Source: Candidatus Omnitrophota bacterium (lineage in GTDB: Bacteria > Omnitrophota > Gorgyraeia > Zapsychrales > JANLHA01). Taken from it: a stretch of DNA of 32,000 nt. Of the stretch, positions 1 to 7,920 are shown piece by piece. Position 1 is the stretch's first letter. Each line of letters opens with the position of its first letter. Location: contig OY759724.1 in assembly GCA_963662715.1 (NCBI GenBank), positions 1,560,001 to 1,592,000 of the forward strand, written 5' to 3'. The translations under genes and the position numbers were made by a program. The notes under the pieces were generated by a model. It made no database searches, had not been told where the DNA came from, and saw only the letters and a program-made list of their open reading frames with translations.

Positions 1-87
1 AGCCGACAATCCGTTTTGCGGAGTCCTGCGGCAGGCTTTGCTCCGCGATGAATTCGCGTTGCGTTGGCTGATAGGTTGGAAAGAGAT

Positions 88-426
88 ATGCAGGAAATAA
101 CTTGGAATGATTTTTCAAAAATCGAATTAAGGGTCGGCAGGATTATCCGTGCAGAGGCTTTCCCCGAAGCACATAAGCCTGCGTATAAACTTGCGGTCGA
201 TTTCGGTCATGAAATAGGCGTGAAAAGATCAAGTGCTCAAATTACTGATTTTTATCCGGCAAATGAACTTCTGGGGAAATTGATAGTAGCGGTTGTTAAT
301 TTCCCTCCGAAGCAAATCGGGCCTATGATGTCAGAGTGCCTGGTGACAGGATTTCATGATAATGAGGGGCATGTGGTTTTATGCGTTCCGGAGAAAGACG
401 TGCCGCTTGGAACCAAATTATTATAA
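88..426 (+). CDS. csaA: tRNA-binding domain protein, CsaA/YgjH-like
   Basis: ORF 64..426; the first ATG is at 88. FPEAHKPAYKLAVDFGHEIGVKRSSAQIT...VAVVNFPPKQIG closely follows the B. subtilis CsaA / EMAP-II-like OB-fold pattern as I remember it. Confidence 0.85.
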   Translation: MQEITWNDFSKIELRVGRIIRAEAFPEAHKPAYKLAVDFGHEIGVKRSSAQITDFYPANELLGKLIVAVVNFPPKQIGPMMSECLVTGFHDNEGHVVLCVPEKDVPLGTKLL

Positions 427-532
427 TGTTCATCATTTGACAAGGCGTTTTCAAACTGGCGCACAAAGGGCCGCGTGTCTGCCCCGGCAGCCGTCCGTGA
501 AACATAGCGTTATAACGGAGAAGGAGGAGAAT

Positions 533-793
533 GTGATTTGTCCTCATTGTCATAGAAAGGTCAAAATAAATTCCAAAGCCAGGAACGGTGTCGGAAGAGT
601 GCGGGTTTGTGACTATTGCGGAGGAAAATTCAGACTCAAATATAATTATGCGAAATTATTCGGTGCTATCTTGTTGGGGATCCTTTTGTGCGGGGGCTTA
701 GCCAATGTCATGAACGAAAAAGCCCTGGTTATTATCTTCATGCTTTCAATGCTTGTGGGGGTTATCATATCTTCTAAAACGGTGAAAGCATAA
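533..793 (+). CDS. small zinc-ribbon membrane protein (hypothetical)
   Basis: An in-frame GTG at 533 is preceded by AAGGAGGAG (521-529). The upstream part of ORF 356..793 overlaps csaA. CPHC-x19-CDYC is followed by two hydrophobic helices. Confidence 0.55.
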   Translation: MICPHCHRKVKINSKARNGVGRVRVCDYCGGKFRLKYNYAKLFGAILLGILLCGGLANVMNEKALVIIFMLSMLVGVIISSKTVKA

Positions 794-879
794 ACGATAA
801 CAAGTCATTGCAAGGGGACTGCCAGCGTCGGAGGCTTCGCAACACCGCCGTATGTCCCGTTAGGATAGAGGAGAAGACG

Positions 880-1488
880 ATGAAAGAAAAACCCACGGTC
901 ATTTGCTTTATCGATGACGATCCCGTTGAAGTCCAGGCCTTCAAAGACGTTTTTGGCGAAGACTTCACGGTTATCGCTGACTCTACTCCAGACCCCGTGC
1001 TCGCGGAACTGAAAAGACGAAAGCTGCGGGCCAACCTTTTTGTCCTGGATTTATATTTTGCGGAAGGGAGGGCGAGTTCAGATAAGGAGCGTGACAGGAT
1101 GATCGCCCTCAAGGCCGAGGTGGACCGCAGCCAGAAGGCGCTCAGCGATTATCTCAATGCCATCGGCCAGAGCCGTGACGGCGGCCTGAGGATCCTGCGG
1201 CATATCCGGGAGAACTATCCGATGACCCCCGTTGTCTTTTACACGCGCAAGGGGACTCTCGCGGATGCCGTCGCCTGCGGGGATGCCGGGGCCGATGGTG
1301 TCCTGCCAAAGGCAATGCCGATGGAGTTTGATTCACACGGTAATCGGCTTGAACAGATCAGGCAGGCGGCGCGGGATCATCATGATGCTTTGGCCACACA
1401 TTTTTTCTGCAAGGCATCGACATCCAATATTTTTAAAAAACTGCTCCGGATAGCCAAGTTCATATGGCGCAACTGGTCAAAACTGTGA
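880..1488 (+). CDS. receiver (REC) domain protein with an internal insertion and an unassigned C-terminal extension
   Basis: ATG at 880. REC landmarks are present: FIDDDP, VLDLYF (acceptor Asp), VVFYTRKG (Thr) and LPKA (Lys). About 39 extra residues sit between the acceptor Asp and the DGG turn. Confidence 0.75.
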   Translation: MKEKPTVICFIDDDPVEVQAFKDVFGEDFTVIADSTPDPVLAELKRRKLRANLFVLDLYFAEGRASSDKERDRMIALKAEVDRSQKALSDYLNAIGQSRDGGLRILRHIRENYPMTPVVFYTRKGTLADAVACGDAGADGVLPKAMPMEFDSHGNRLEQIRQAARDHHDALATHFFCKASTSNIFKKLLRIAKFIWRNWSKL

Positions 1489-1584
1489 GAACCGGCTGCG
1501 CCGGACAAGGCCCCGGAAGGAATAGCGCAAGTGGCCTATATGAAAAGGACGCTGCGGGCACGGAGCGATAAGAGGCGAGACATT

Positions 1585-2280
1585 ATGTGCAAAGCCCGGG
1601 TATTTATTGTTGGAAATGGCAAGCTTGCGAAAGAGCTCCTTGAGAATCTCTCCGGAGAAAATATTTCCGGAGTCGTTCAGTGGAATAATGGCCGTTCCTC
1701 ATCACTGGAAAGAAGTGTCGTTGTTCATGCGGGTTCGGGGCGGGAATGGAAAGATGTGCTGGATTACTGCGCTGAGACAAAGTCAATATTGTTTGAACTC
1801 TCTACGGCAGGGTCTCCCCTGCCGGATTCGGTCGGTTTTCCTGTCGTTGTCTGTCCGAATGTGAATATCCTGATGCTTCAATTCATGGCCATGATAAAAC
1901 AGGCAGCCCCTTTATTTTGCGGTTACAGGATTGAGATAGCAGAATCTCACCAATCTTCAAAAAAGTCAAAACCGGGCACGGCTGTTTATCTGGCGGAAAC
2001 ACTGGGAATCCCGGAAAACGATATTCGCTCTGAGAGAGATCCTGATATTCAGAAAGCGGACATCGGGATTCCTCAGCCGTATCTGGACCGTCATGCTTAT
2101 CACAAAATAGTCATTTCAAATCAGGATACGGAGCTGAAATTCGAAACAAAAGTCTTTGGAAAAACGGCGTACGCCGGTAGTTTATCATTCATTATAGATA
2201 AAGTTTTGCGAATGGAACTGCCCGCAGGGCGTTATGATATTGTTGAGTTGTTGCTGGCAGACCATAACGGGAGTAAATGA
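1585..2280 (+). CDS. dihydrodipicolinate reductase (DapB)-like oxidoreductase
   Basis: CPNVNILMLQF and IEIAESHQSSKKSKPGTA align with the DapB signature E-x-H-H-x2-K-x-D-x-P-S-G-T-A as I recall it, with Gln replacing the second His. The N-terminal loop is VGNGKLA. The start is ambiguous: ATG 1585 has AGAGG 10 nt upstream, and ATG 1540 and GTG 1531 are also in frame. Confidence 0.6.
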   Translation: MCKARVFIVGNGKLAKELLENLSGENISGVVQWNNGRSSSLERSVVVHAGSGREWKDVLDYCAETKSILFELSTAGSPLPDSVGFPVVVCPNVNILMLQFMAMIKQAAPLFCGYRIEIAESHQSSKKSKPGTAVYLAETLGIPENDIRSERDPDIQKADIGIPQPYLDRHAYHKIVISNQDTELKFETKVFGKTAYAGSLSFIIDKVLRMELPAGRYDIVELLLADHNGSK

Positions 2281-2460
2281 ATTTGCCGGGATTGGCGTTT
2301 TTTTGAAACAACAAGCGAAAACAGCTGATGAGGTGCTTGCCTCCATCATCCGAGTCAGTAAAAGTTCAGGCTCTTAGAAGTATGCGGGATGACCCTTCTG
2401 ATTATGCGAGGAGACAGTTGAGGCTTGTTGAAGAACAGCTGGAGTCGGCTACTAAGTGTG

Positions 2461-2946
2461 ATGAAAATACGGTCCGCGACTATAAACGATTTAGAAAAAA
2501 TAGCAAGAGCTCATAAAGCTTCTATCCGGGAATTATGCAGGAATGCTTATGATGTGGAAAGCATAGAGAAATGGACGGCTATTCTTGTCCCCAAGATTTA
2601 TGAAAACGCCATAAAAGAAAAAGTTGTTATTGTCGCGGAAGAGAAAAATGAAATACCGGGCTTTGGCATACTTGATGTCCGTAATGCGGAGTTGAGCGCG
2701 CTTTATGTGCATCCGGGGTATGCCGGCAGAGGGATAGGTAAAGAAATTCTGTCGAGGCTGGAAGCCATTGCTTTAGAAAACCGTATCGGCCGATTAAATT
2801 TATGCTCTACGATCAATGCTTTTGGATTTTATCAGCATCATGGTTATATTGAGTGCGGCAAGACCTTTCATGATTTGCCTAATGGAGCGAAACTGGAATG
2901 TATAAAGATGTATAAGCCGATAAGCAAACCGCGACAACAAAAATAA
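2461..2946 (+). CDS. GNAT family N-acetyltransferase
   Basis: MKIRSATINDL start at ATG 2461. The acetyl-CoA motif is YVHPGYAGRGIGKEIL, with NAFGFYQHHGY near the C-terminus. Confidence 0.85.
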   Translation: MKIRSATINDLEKIARAHKASIRELCRNAYDVESIEKWTAILVPKIYENAIKEKVVIVAEEKNEIPGFGILDVRNAELSALYVHPGYAGRGIGKEILSRLEAIALENRIGRLNLCSTINAFGFYQHHGYIECGKTFHDLPNGAKLECIKMYKPISKPRQQK

Positions 2947-2969
2947 AGGATTTTAAAGGAGACGAAAAA

Positions 2970-3314
2970 ATGAACAGATTGTTATTTCTTGTTGTTGTGT
3001 TGGCCGGATGCGTCACGACAAATGACCGCCCCTCCGCGGTTCGGTCCGGTTCCTACACGGACCGGAGAATGAACGAATCGGTTCTTAAACATATCCGTTT
3101 CCTGGAAAAGGCCGACGGCCGGGGAGACTGCGCTATTGAAGTGCTCCGGATAGAGGACCGCGGAAAAGAGCTGTCTACCCTTATAGAATTCTGGATTGTG
3201 AGGAGCTGCGGGGTGAAGACCGTTTATAAGGTGAGGAAAGCGCCGCTTAGCCCCGGGCGTTACAAATACATTGTGACATATCCTTCCGCCGCGGACCTGA
3301 TGACGGTCGAATAG
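2970..3314 (+). CDS. lipoprotein, unknown function
   Basis: AAGGAGACG RBS. The signal peptide carries lipobox LAG-C (MNRLLFLVVVLAGC). Confidence 0.6.
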   Translation: MNRLLFLVVVLAGCVTTNDRPSAVRSGSYTDRRMNESVLKHIRFLEKADGRGDCAIEVLRIEDRGKELSTLIEFWIVRSCGVKTVYKVRKAPLSPGRYKYIVTYPSAADLMTVE

Positions 3315-3380
3315 ATCTCAGGCGAAGAGATGAAAAGCCGCTCCGGGCTGCGCAGCGTTTTCCGTCACGGCTTGTAAAAA

Positions 3381-4106
3381 ATGAAAATAAAATTTATTCC
3401 CCGCCTTATTTTTTTTCTAATATGTCTGCTCCCTTTTAGGGATGTTATTCAAAGAAAGGCCGGTATGCTTAGCCAATATGCTGGAGGGAAGAAAACGGTT
3501 GAAGACAGGCTTAACGAGTTTTCTGAAACAGTGCATCAGAGATTGCGGCCTTATTTTGAAAAGCAGGGTGTTGAATATCCGCCTGATGGCCTTATATTGG
3601 TCGGCTTAAAGAATGAAGCAAGACTGGAAATATGGGGTTTTAACGAAGACTGCAGCTTAAAGCTTATTAAAATTTATCCCGTCCTTGCCGGGAGCGGTCA
3701 AATCGGCCCTAAATCGGCTGAAGGCGACCGGCAAGTTCCGGAAGGGATTTATAAAATAGAATCTTTAAACCCCAACAGTTCGTTTCACCTGTCTCTCAAA
3801 ATTGATTATCCGAACCCCTTTGACAAGGCCGTTGCTGAAGAAGAAGGCAGAAGAAATCTCGGCGGCGATATTTTTATACACGGCGATGCCGTTTCTGTCG
3901 GCTGTTTAGCCGTAGGGGATGAGGCGGCCGAAGACCTATTCGTTTTGGCGGCGGATACCGGGCTGGAAAGGATTAAGGTTGTTTTGGCTCCGATAGATTT
4001 CAGGGAATCCGATTTATCACAGGAACAAATGGAGGAACTGCCGTCATGGTGTGGAATCCTCTACGCGCAAATAAAGAATGAATTGAACCATTTGAGGGGA
4101 ATTTAG
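3381..4106 (+). CDS. L,D-transpeptidase family protein (YafK-like)
   Basis: N-terminal hydrophobic signal or anchor. The pattern QVPEGIYKI...IDYPNPFD...GGDIFIHGDAVSVGCLAV matches the YkuD/YafK catalytic HG...S-x-GC motif. Confidence 0.8.
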   Translation: MKIKFIPRLIFFLICLLPFRDVIQRKAGMLSQYAGGKKTVEDRLNEFSETVHQRLRPYFEKQGVEYPPDGLILVGLKNEARLEIWGFNEDCSLKLIKIYPVLAGSGQIGPKSAEGDRQVPEGIYKIESLNPNSSFHLSLKIDYPNPFDKAVAEEEGRRNLGGDIFIHGDAVSVGCLAVGDEAAEDLFVLAADTGLERIKVVLAPIDFRESDLSQEQMEELPSWCGILYAQIKNELNHLRGI

Positions 4107-4181
4107 CAGGCCGCTTCCCGGCGGTTGGTGCGGGCAGGAGCCGCAGCCCCGCCGGGTTATCCTTGTTGCCGGAGGACAATA

Positions 4182-4562
4182 ATGGAAAAGAAAAAAATAA
4201 TTATCTCCGAAATCGCCGGCTTTGTGTCGGTGATCCTTTTTGTCTGGCTCAATGAAATCATCGATCTGCCTCACGTCATGTTGGGGGCGCCGGCCACTCC
4301 CGTTAATTATGCCGAAAGTGTCTTGGAATCTTTTGCCGTTCTTGTTGTCGCCGCTTTGACCATATCCATAACAAATAAACTGCTGAAAAAGATAAAACAT
4401 CTGGAAGGCTTTTTTCGGATATGTTGTGTGTGTAAAAAAATATATGACAGCCAGAAAAAAGAATGGATAGCCTTGGAGGGATATTTTGATGAAAATTCCA
4501 AGCTGGAGTTTTCTCACGGGCTTTGCGACGACTGCACAAAACTATACAAAAAAATGGTATAA
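4182..4562 (+). CDS. two-TM membrane protein with a C-terminal CxxC...SHGxCxxC zinc-ribbon tail
   Basis: GGAGGA at 4171-4176, ATG at 4182. Two hydrophobic helices are followed by HLEGFFRICCVCKKIYDSQKKEWIALEGYFDENSKLEFSHGLCDDC (nt 4401-4535). Confidence 0.65.
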   Translation: MEKKKIIISEIAGFVSVILFVWLNEIIDLPHVMLGAPATPVNYAESVLESFAVLVVAALTISITNKLLKKIKHLEGFFRICCVCKKIYDSQKKEWIALEGYFDENSKLEFSHGLCDDCTKLYKKMV

Positions 4563-4679
4563 TGATATTCCCGCACAGATATTCTCAACATGAAATGAAA
4601 CGGATAAGGGTGGGGGCGGAGTTGTTAATATTTGATGAAAAGGGTGACATTTAAGGGGGCAAAACTAAGGAGCTGTATC

Positions 4680-5084
4680 ATGAACGTGAAAGAGCTGTCA
4701 GGAGCGTTTACCACCGATAAAATTCAGGAGACAAAGGCCTTTTATGAAAAATATTTTGATGCCCGGGTTATTTTTGACTGTGGTTGGTATGTTAATTTGG
4801 CCTTCGGCTCCGGGACCGCAACCCTGCAGTTTATGTCTCCCAAAGAGCCGGATTATCAGCTTTCGAATAGCGCGGGTTTAATGTATAATTTTAAGGTGGA
4901 TAACGTGGATCAGGAATATGACCAGATAAGAAAGCGAGGTTTAAATTCAGTGTCGGATATCGAAGACCATCCTTGGGGGGACCGCGCTTTTTGTGCCGCG
5001 GACCCTAACGGGATAATTCTTTATATTTATTCGGAAAGAGAGCCGGCGGAAGAATTCAAAAAATATTATAAAAATCCGTGCTGA
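4680..5084 (+). CDS. VOC (glyoxalase/bleomycin-resistance) family protein
   Basis: AAGGAG at 4666-4671, ATG at 4680. The C-terminal DHPWGDRAFCAADPNGIILYIY is typical of VOC-fold proteins. Confidence 0.75.
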   Translation: MNVKELSGAFTTDKIQETKAFYEKYFDARVIFDCGWYVNLAFGSGTATLQFMSPKEPDYQLSNSAGLMYNFKVDNVDQEYDQIRKRGLNSVSDIEDHPWGDRAFCAADPNGIILYIYSEREPAEEFKKYYKNPC

Positions 5085-5096
5085 ATTTATAAAAAT

Positions 5097-5444
5097 ATGA
5101 AACCGAGAATCAAAGCAGAAATCACATTCCTGTCAAGAGATGCCGGCGGCCGCAAGAAGATGCCGGACAAGGATTACGTGCCGCATTTGATGATCCAGGA
5201 CCCGACGGTGAAGAAGCAGGCCGTTGAGAATAATAATTTCGTGACCGAAGAATATCTTGTGGTTCGAATGATAAGCTATCCCAAAGAGGGCGAACTTAAC
5301 GAGAAGTATCTTTATGAACTGGAACTGTTTAATTATCCTCAAATGGATTATGCCGAATTAAAACCCAACGTGACGTTTGCTGTCCGGGAGGGTTCCCGGA
5401 CGGTGGGCTTTGGAAAGGTTCTGGAATACATTAAAGCTTCTTAA
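5097..5444 (+). CDS. stand-alone EF-Tu domain III-like protein
   Basis: [25 protein letters not shown] parallels EF-Tu [47 protein letters not shown] parallels FAIREGGRTVGAGVV. There is no GTPase domain or domain II. Confidence 0.7.
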   Translation: [115 protein letters not shown]

Positions 5445-5526
5445 GTTGCCATGGAGTATCCGTCCGCTTCGGCGAGTCGTGTCCCCCCTGCTGAATTTTT
5501 GCGTCAGCTGTCAAAGAGGATAGGCC

Positions 5527-5814
5527 ATGCTGTTGATTAGTCTGTGCATAATTTCAGGTGTGTGGTTCTTTTTCAGGATTAAAGAAAAACCTCTGAATTT
5601 CTGTGAACGCTGCCTGTGGTCATTATGCGGATTTGCCGTCTTTTTTGTCCTTCAGGCATTTTTCCCTCGCATTTTTGCGGATATTTTTCACGCCTTTTGT
5701 CCCGGCGCCCCTGTTGTCGTCATTGCGGCGCTTATGTTATGTGCTCATTGTCCGTCTTCGTGGCAGGGCGATTCTTATCGGAAAGGTTTTTCTGAGCGCT
5801 TTTCCGTTCTTTAG
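5527..5814 (+). CDS. possible small Cys-rich membrane protein (hypothetical)
   Basis: AGAGGA lies 6 nt upstream of ATG 5527. The product is hydrophobic and the region is T-rich. It competes with overlapping ORF 5603..5977 and has no homology support. Confidence 0.3.
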   Translation: MLLISLCIISGVWFFFRIKEKPLNFCERCLWSLCGFAVFFVLQAFFPRIFADIFHAFCPGAPVVVIAALMLCAHCPSSWQGDSYRKGFSERFSVL

Positions 5815-5894
5815 GCTTCGGAATAAAAAGTGCCGGATATGGGTTGTCGCTTCTTTGCTGTTTTATTTTTTAACGGGATACATTAAGGAAATTT

Positions 5895-7112
5895 ATGAAG
5901 ATGAAATTTATTTTATGTCTTGCCCTGATCCTCGGCGCTTTCCCCGTGGCTTCCGTGTCAGCGGAGGATGCGGATGACCTGCGGATAATGGTGAGCGGAA
6001 ACGGGACTTTTGCTTTTGATCTTTATCAGGCCGTTAAGCACAGGGACGGGAATTTGTTTTTTTCTCCTTACAGTGTTTCCACCGCTCTTGCCATGACCTA
6101 CGCCGGTGCGCGGGGAGAAACCGCAAAGGAGATGGCCGATGTGTTGTCTTTTTCGTTAGAGGAAGAATCTTTGCACGCATCATTTTCTCTGCTGCAGTCA
6201 AACCTCAACGCTATTCAGGATAAAGGTCATATTACGTTAAATGTCTCCAACTCTTTATGGGCGCAGGAAGGGTATTGTTTTCTGGACGACTTTATCGGTT
6301 TGAATAAAAAATATTACGGAGCAGGGTTGCGTGTCGTTGATTTTTTGAAGCACACCGAGGAGGCCCGCCAAACGATAAATGCCTGGGTGGAAGACGAAAC
6401 CCGGCAGAAGATACAGGAACTGCTTAAACCCGGGATGCTTGATTCCTTCACGACATTGGTCCTCTGCAATGCCGTTTATTTTAAAGGGGATTGGCTGACG
6501 CAGTTTGACAAGCAAAAAACAAAGGATGCTGATTTTTTTGTTTCTGCTGACAATGTCATTGAAGTGCCGACGATGAATCAGGAGTTGAAATTGCCGTATA
6601 AGGATTTTGACGGTTTCAGCGCCATATCTCTTCCGTATCAAGGCCGGGATCTGTCCATGATCATTCTCCTGCCGGAAGAGAAGGACGGCTTAGCAGGGCT
6701 GGAAAAGAATTTGATTTATAATAATGTGAAAGGCTGGATAGATGGCCTCGCGGAAGCGGAGGAGGCGGACGTGCTGGTGAGTCTTCCTAAGTTTAAAACC
6801 ACATCCGAGTTTGATTTGTCCAAGGTCCTTTCTGACCTGGGTATGCCGCATGCGTTTAGGGAGGCGGATTTTTCAGGGATGACCGGAAAAAAAGACCTGT
6901 TTATCAGCCGGGTGGTTCATAAAGCTTTCGTGGATGTCAACGAGGAAGGAACGGAAGCCGCTGCCGCAACGGCTGTCGTCATGACACGGACCGCGGTCAT
7001 GAGCCCGCCGCGGGTGTTCCGTGCCGACCATCCTTTCCTGTTTTTGATCCGAGATAATCAATCCGGATCGATTTTGTTTGTCGGGAGGATTGCGGATCCG
7101 CGCCGGACATAG
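5895..7112 (+). CDS. secreted serpin (serine protease inhibitor family)
   Basis: AAGGAA RBS. Signal peptide MKMKFILCLALILGAFPVASVSA. Serpin landmarks are FFSPYSVSTALAMTYAGARGETAKEM, hinge EEGTEAAAATA (6942-6974) and ADHPFLFLIRD. Confidence 0.95.
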   Translation: MKMKFILCLALILGAFPVASVSAEDADDLRIMVSGNGTFAFDLYQAVKHRDGNLFFSPYSVSTALAMTYAGARGETAKEMADVLSFSLEEESLHASFSLLQSNLNAIQDKGHITLNVSNSLWAQEGYCFLDDFIGLNKKYYGAGLRVVDFLKHTEEARQTINAWVEDETRQKIQELLKPGMLDSFTTLVLCNAVYFKGDWLTQFDKQKTKDADFFVSADNVIEVPTMNQELKLPYKDFDGFSAISLPYQGRDLSMIILLPEEKDGLAGLEKNLIYNNVKGWIDGLAEAEEADVLVSLPKFKTTSEFDLSKVLSDLGMPHAFREADFSGMTGKKDLFISRVVHKAFVDVNEEGTEAAAATAVVMTRTAVMSPPRVFRADHPFLFLIRDNQSGSILFVGRIADPRRT

Positions 7113-7212
7113 CGGAGGGGCCTATGGTTTTGTGCGCCGGATGATGCCGGATCAAGGGCTCACGGGAAACATTCCGAAATTTTTGGGTTCAGGCGACAAG
7201 GAGTTTGTCTTC

Positions 7213-7293
7213 ATGGCTGTATGTTTTGTGTTTTGGCCGAAAGTGAATATAATAAATAGTAATTTTGTAGAAATGCGCCATGAATTAAAATAG
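7213..7293 (+). CDS. candidate 26-aa small ORF (MAVCFVFWPKVNIINSNFVEMRHELK)
   Basis: A canonical AAGGAG (7198-7203) lies 9 nt upstream of ATG 7213. The stop is 1 nt before an intrinsic-terminator hairpin. No homology evidence. Confidence 0.3.
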   Translation: MAVCFVFWPKVNIINSNFVEMRHELK

Positions 7294-7294
7294 T

Positions 7295-7323
7295 AGCCGG
7301 AAAAAACAGCGGCCGGCTTTTTT
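7295..7323 (+). terminator. rho-independent terminator closing the serpin transcription unit
   Basis: AGCCGG (7295-7300) pairs with CCGGCT (7313-7318) around a 12-nt loop, followed by a T-run to 7323. Confidence 0.55.
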
Positions 7324-7332
7324 AAAAAACAA

Positions 7333-7362
7333 TTGAAAGTCACGACAGCGTTTAAATATCAT
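7333..7362 (+). promoter_or_regulatory. sigma70-like promoter candidate
   Basis: TTGAAA (7333-7338), 18-nt spacer, TATCAT (7357-7362). It lies directly after the terminator and about 90 nt upstream of ATG 7455. Confidence 0.4.
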
Positions 7363-7454
7363 GTTTGGGAAGAACAGGACGGCATCCTTGGGCGTGCCTC
7401 CGGGCCGTTCAACAGGGTGGGGAATTTCTTCGCGGAAATAGAAAGGACCTAAAA

Positions 7455-7826
7455 ATGGAATCAGTGTTTGAAGCCCAGAAACGAAGTGTTTTTGTCAGAG
7501 TTTATGTCTCGCTGCTCTGGCTGCTGCCTTTTTTGATTATCACCAGGATGATTGTCGGCGGTATCGTAGGCGGAGTCACGTCATCTGAAAATGTCCCTCA
7601 ACACAGGGCAGGCGCCTCTTTTGAGGAGGAAGTCGCGGCGGATTATGCCTCCGGGAAAAATGCCAGTGTTCAGTTTTTTGAAAGAAACGGGGGGAAGGTT
7701 CTCTTGGCGCAGGTTTTCTTATGGCTGGTGTTGGCCCTGACAGGCCGCTTCCCGGGAACGGGTAAATATATCAAGGAAAAGGAGCTCAATAAAACCCGGG
7801 GCCGGAAGCTTCCGGTGAAGTCTTGA
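7455..7826 (+). CDS. hypothetical membrane protein
   Basis: GAAAGGA RBS and ATG at 7455. Two hydrophobic segments. No recognisable family. Confidence 0.45.
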   Translation: MESVFEAQKRSVFVRVYVSLLWLLPFLIITRMIVGGIVGGVTSSENVPQHRAGASFEEEVAADYASGKNASVQFFERNGGKVLLAQVFLWLVLALTGRFPGTGKYIKEKELNKTRGRKLPVKS

Positions 7827-7920
7827 TCGGAATATTGAAAGCCTTTGGGCCTTGTCGTGACGGTGTCGCGTTTAACAGGGCGGGATGTGGCAGACGGTTA
7901 TTATAAGAAAGGGTTTTAAT

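Noticed and set aside
2283-2307. A T7 run after the DapB-like gene, considered as a terminator.
   Set aside because: The preceding stem is only 3-4 bp (GCC...GGC), too weak to call.
2328-2516. A 62-aa ORF between the DapB-like and GNAT genes.
   Set aside because: It overlaps the GNAT start in another frame. It has no RBS and an unconvincing composition.
4044-4517. A 157-aa minus-strand ORF antisense to the 4182-4562 gene. Similar antisense ORFs occur at 6255-6641, 15114-15545, 16381-16698, 25790-26158 and 29832-30320.
   Set aside because: Each lies opposite a + strand gene that has motif or signal-peptide support. None has an RBS or a recognisable motif. They are shadow ORFs.
5603-5977. A 124-aa ORF overlapping both ORF 5527-5814 and the serpin start.
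   Set aside because: The frame runs into the strongly supported serpin CDS. It is Arg/Phe/Leu-rich, typical of an off-frame reading of T-rich DNA.
7078-7293. The 71-aa ORF in the track overlapping the serpin 3-prime end.
   Set aside because: It begins inside the serpin CDS with no RBS, and its N-terminal two-thirds is Gly/Arg-rich. Only the last 26 codons, which have a proper SD, are kept as a candidate.
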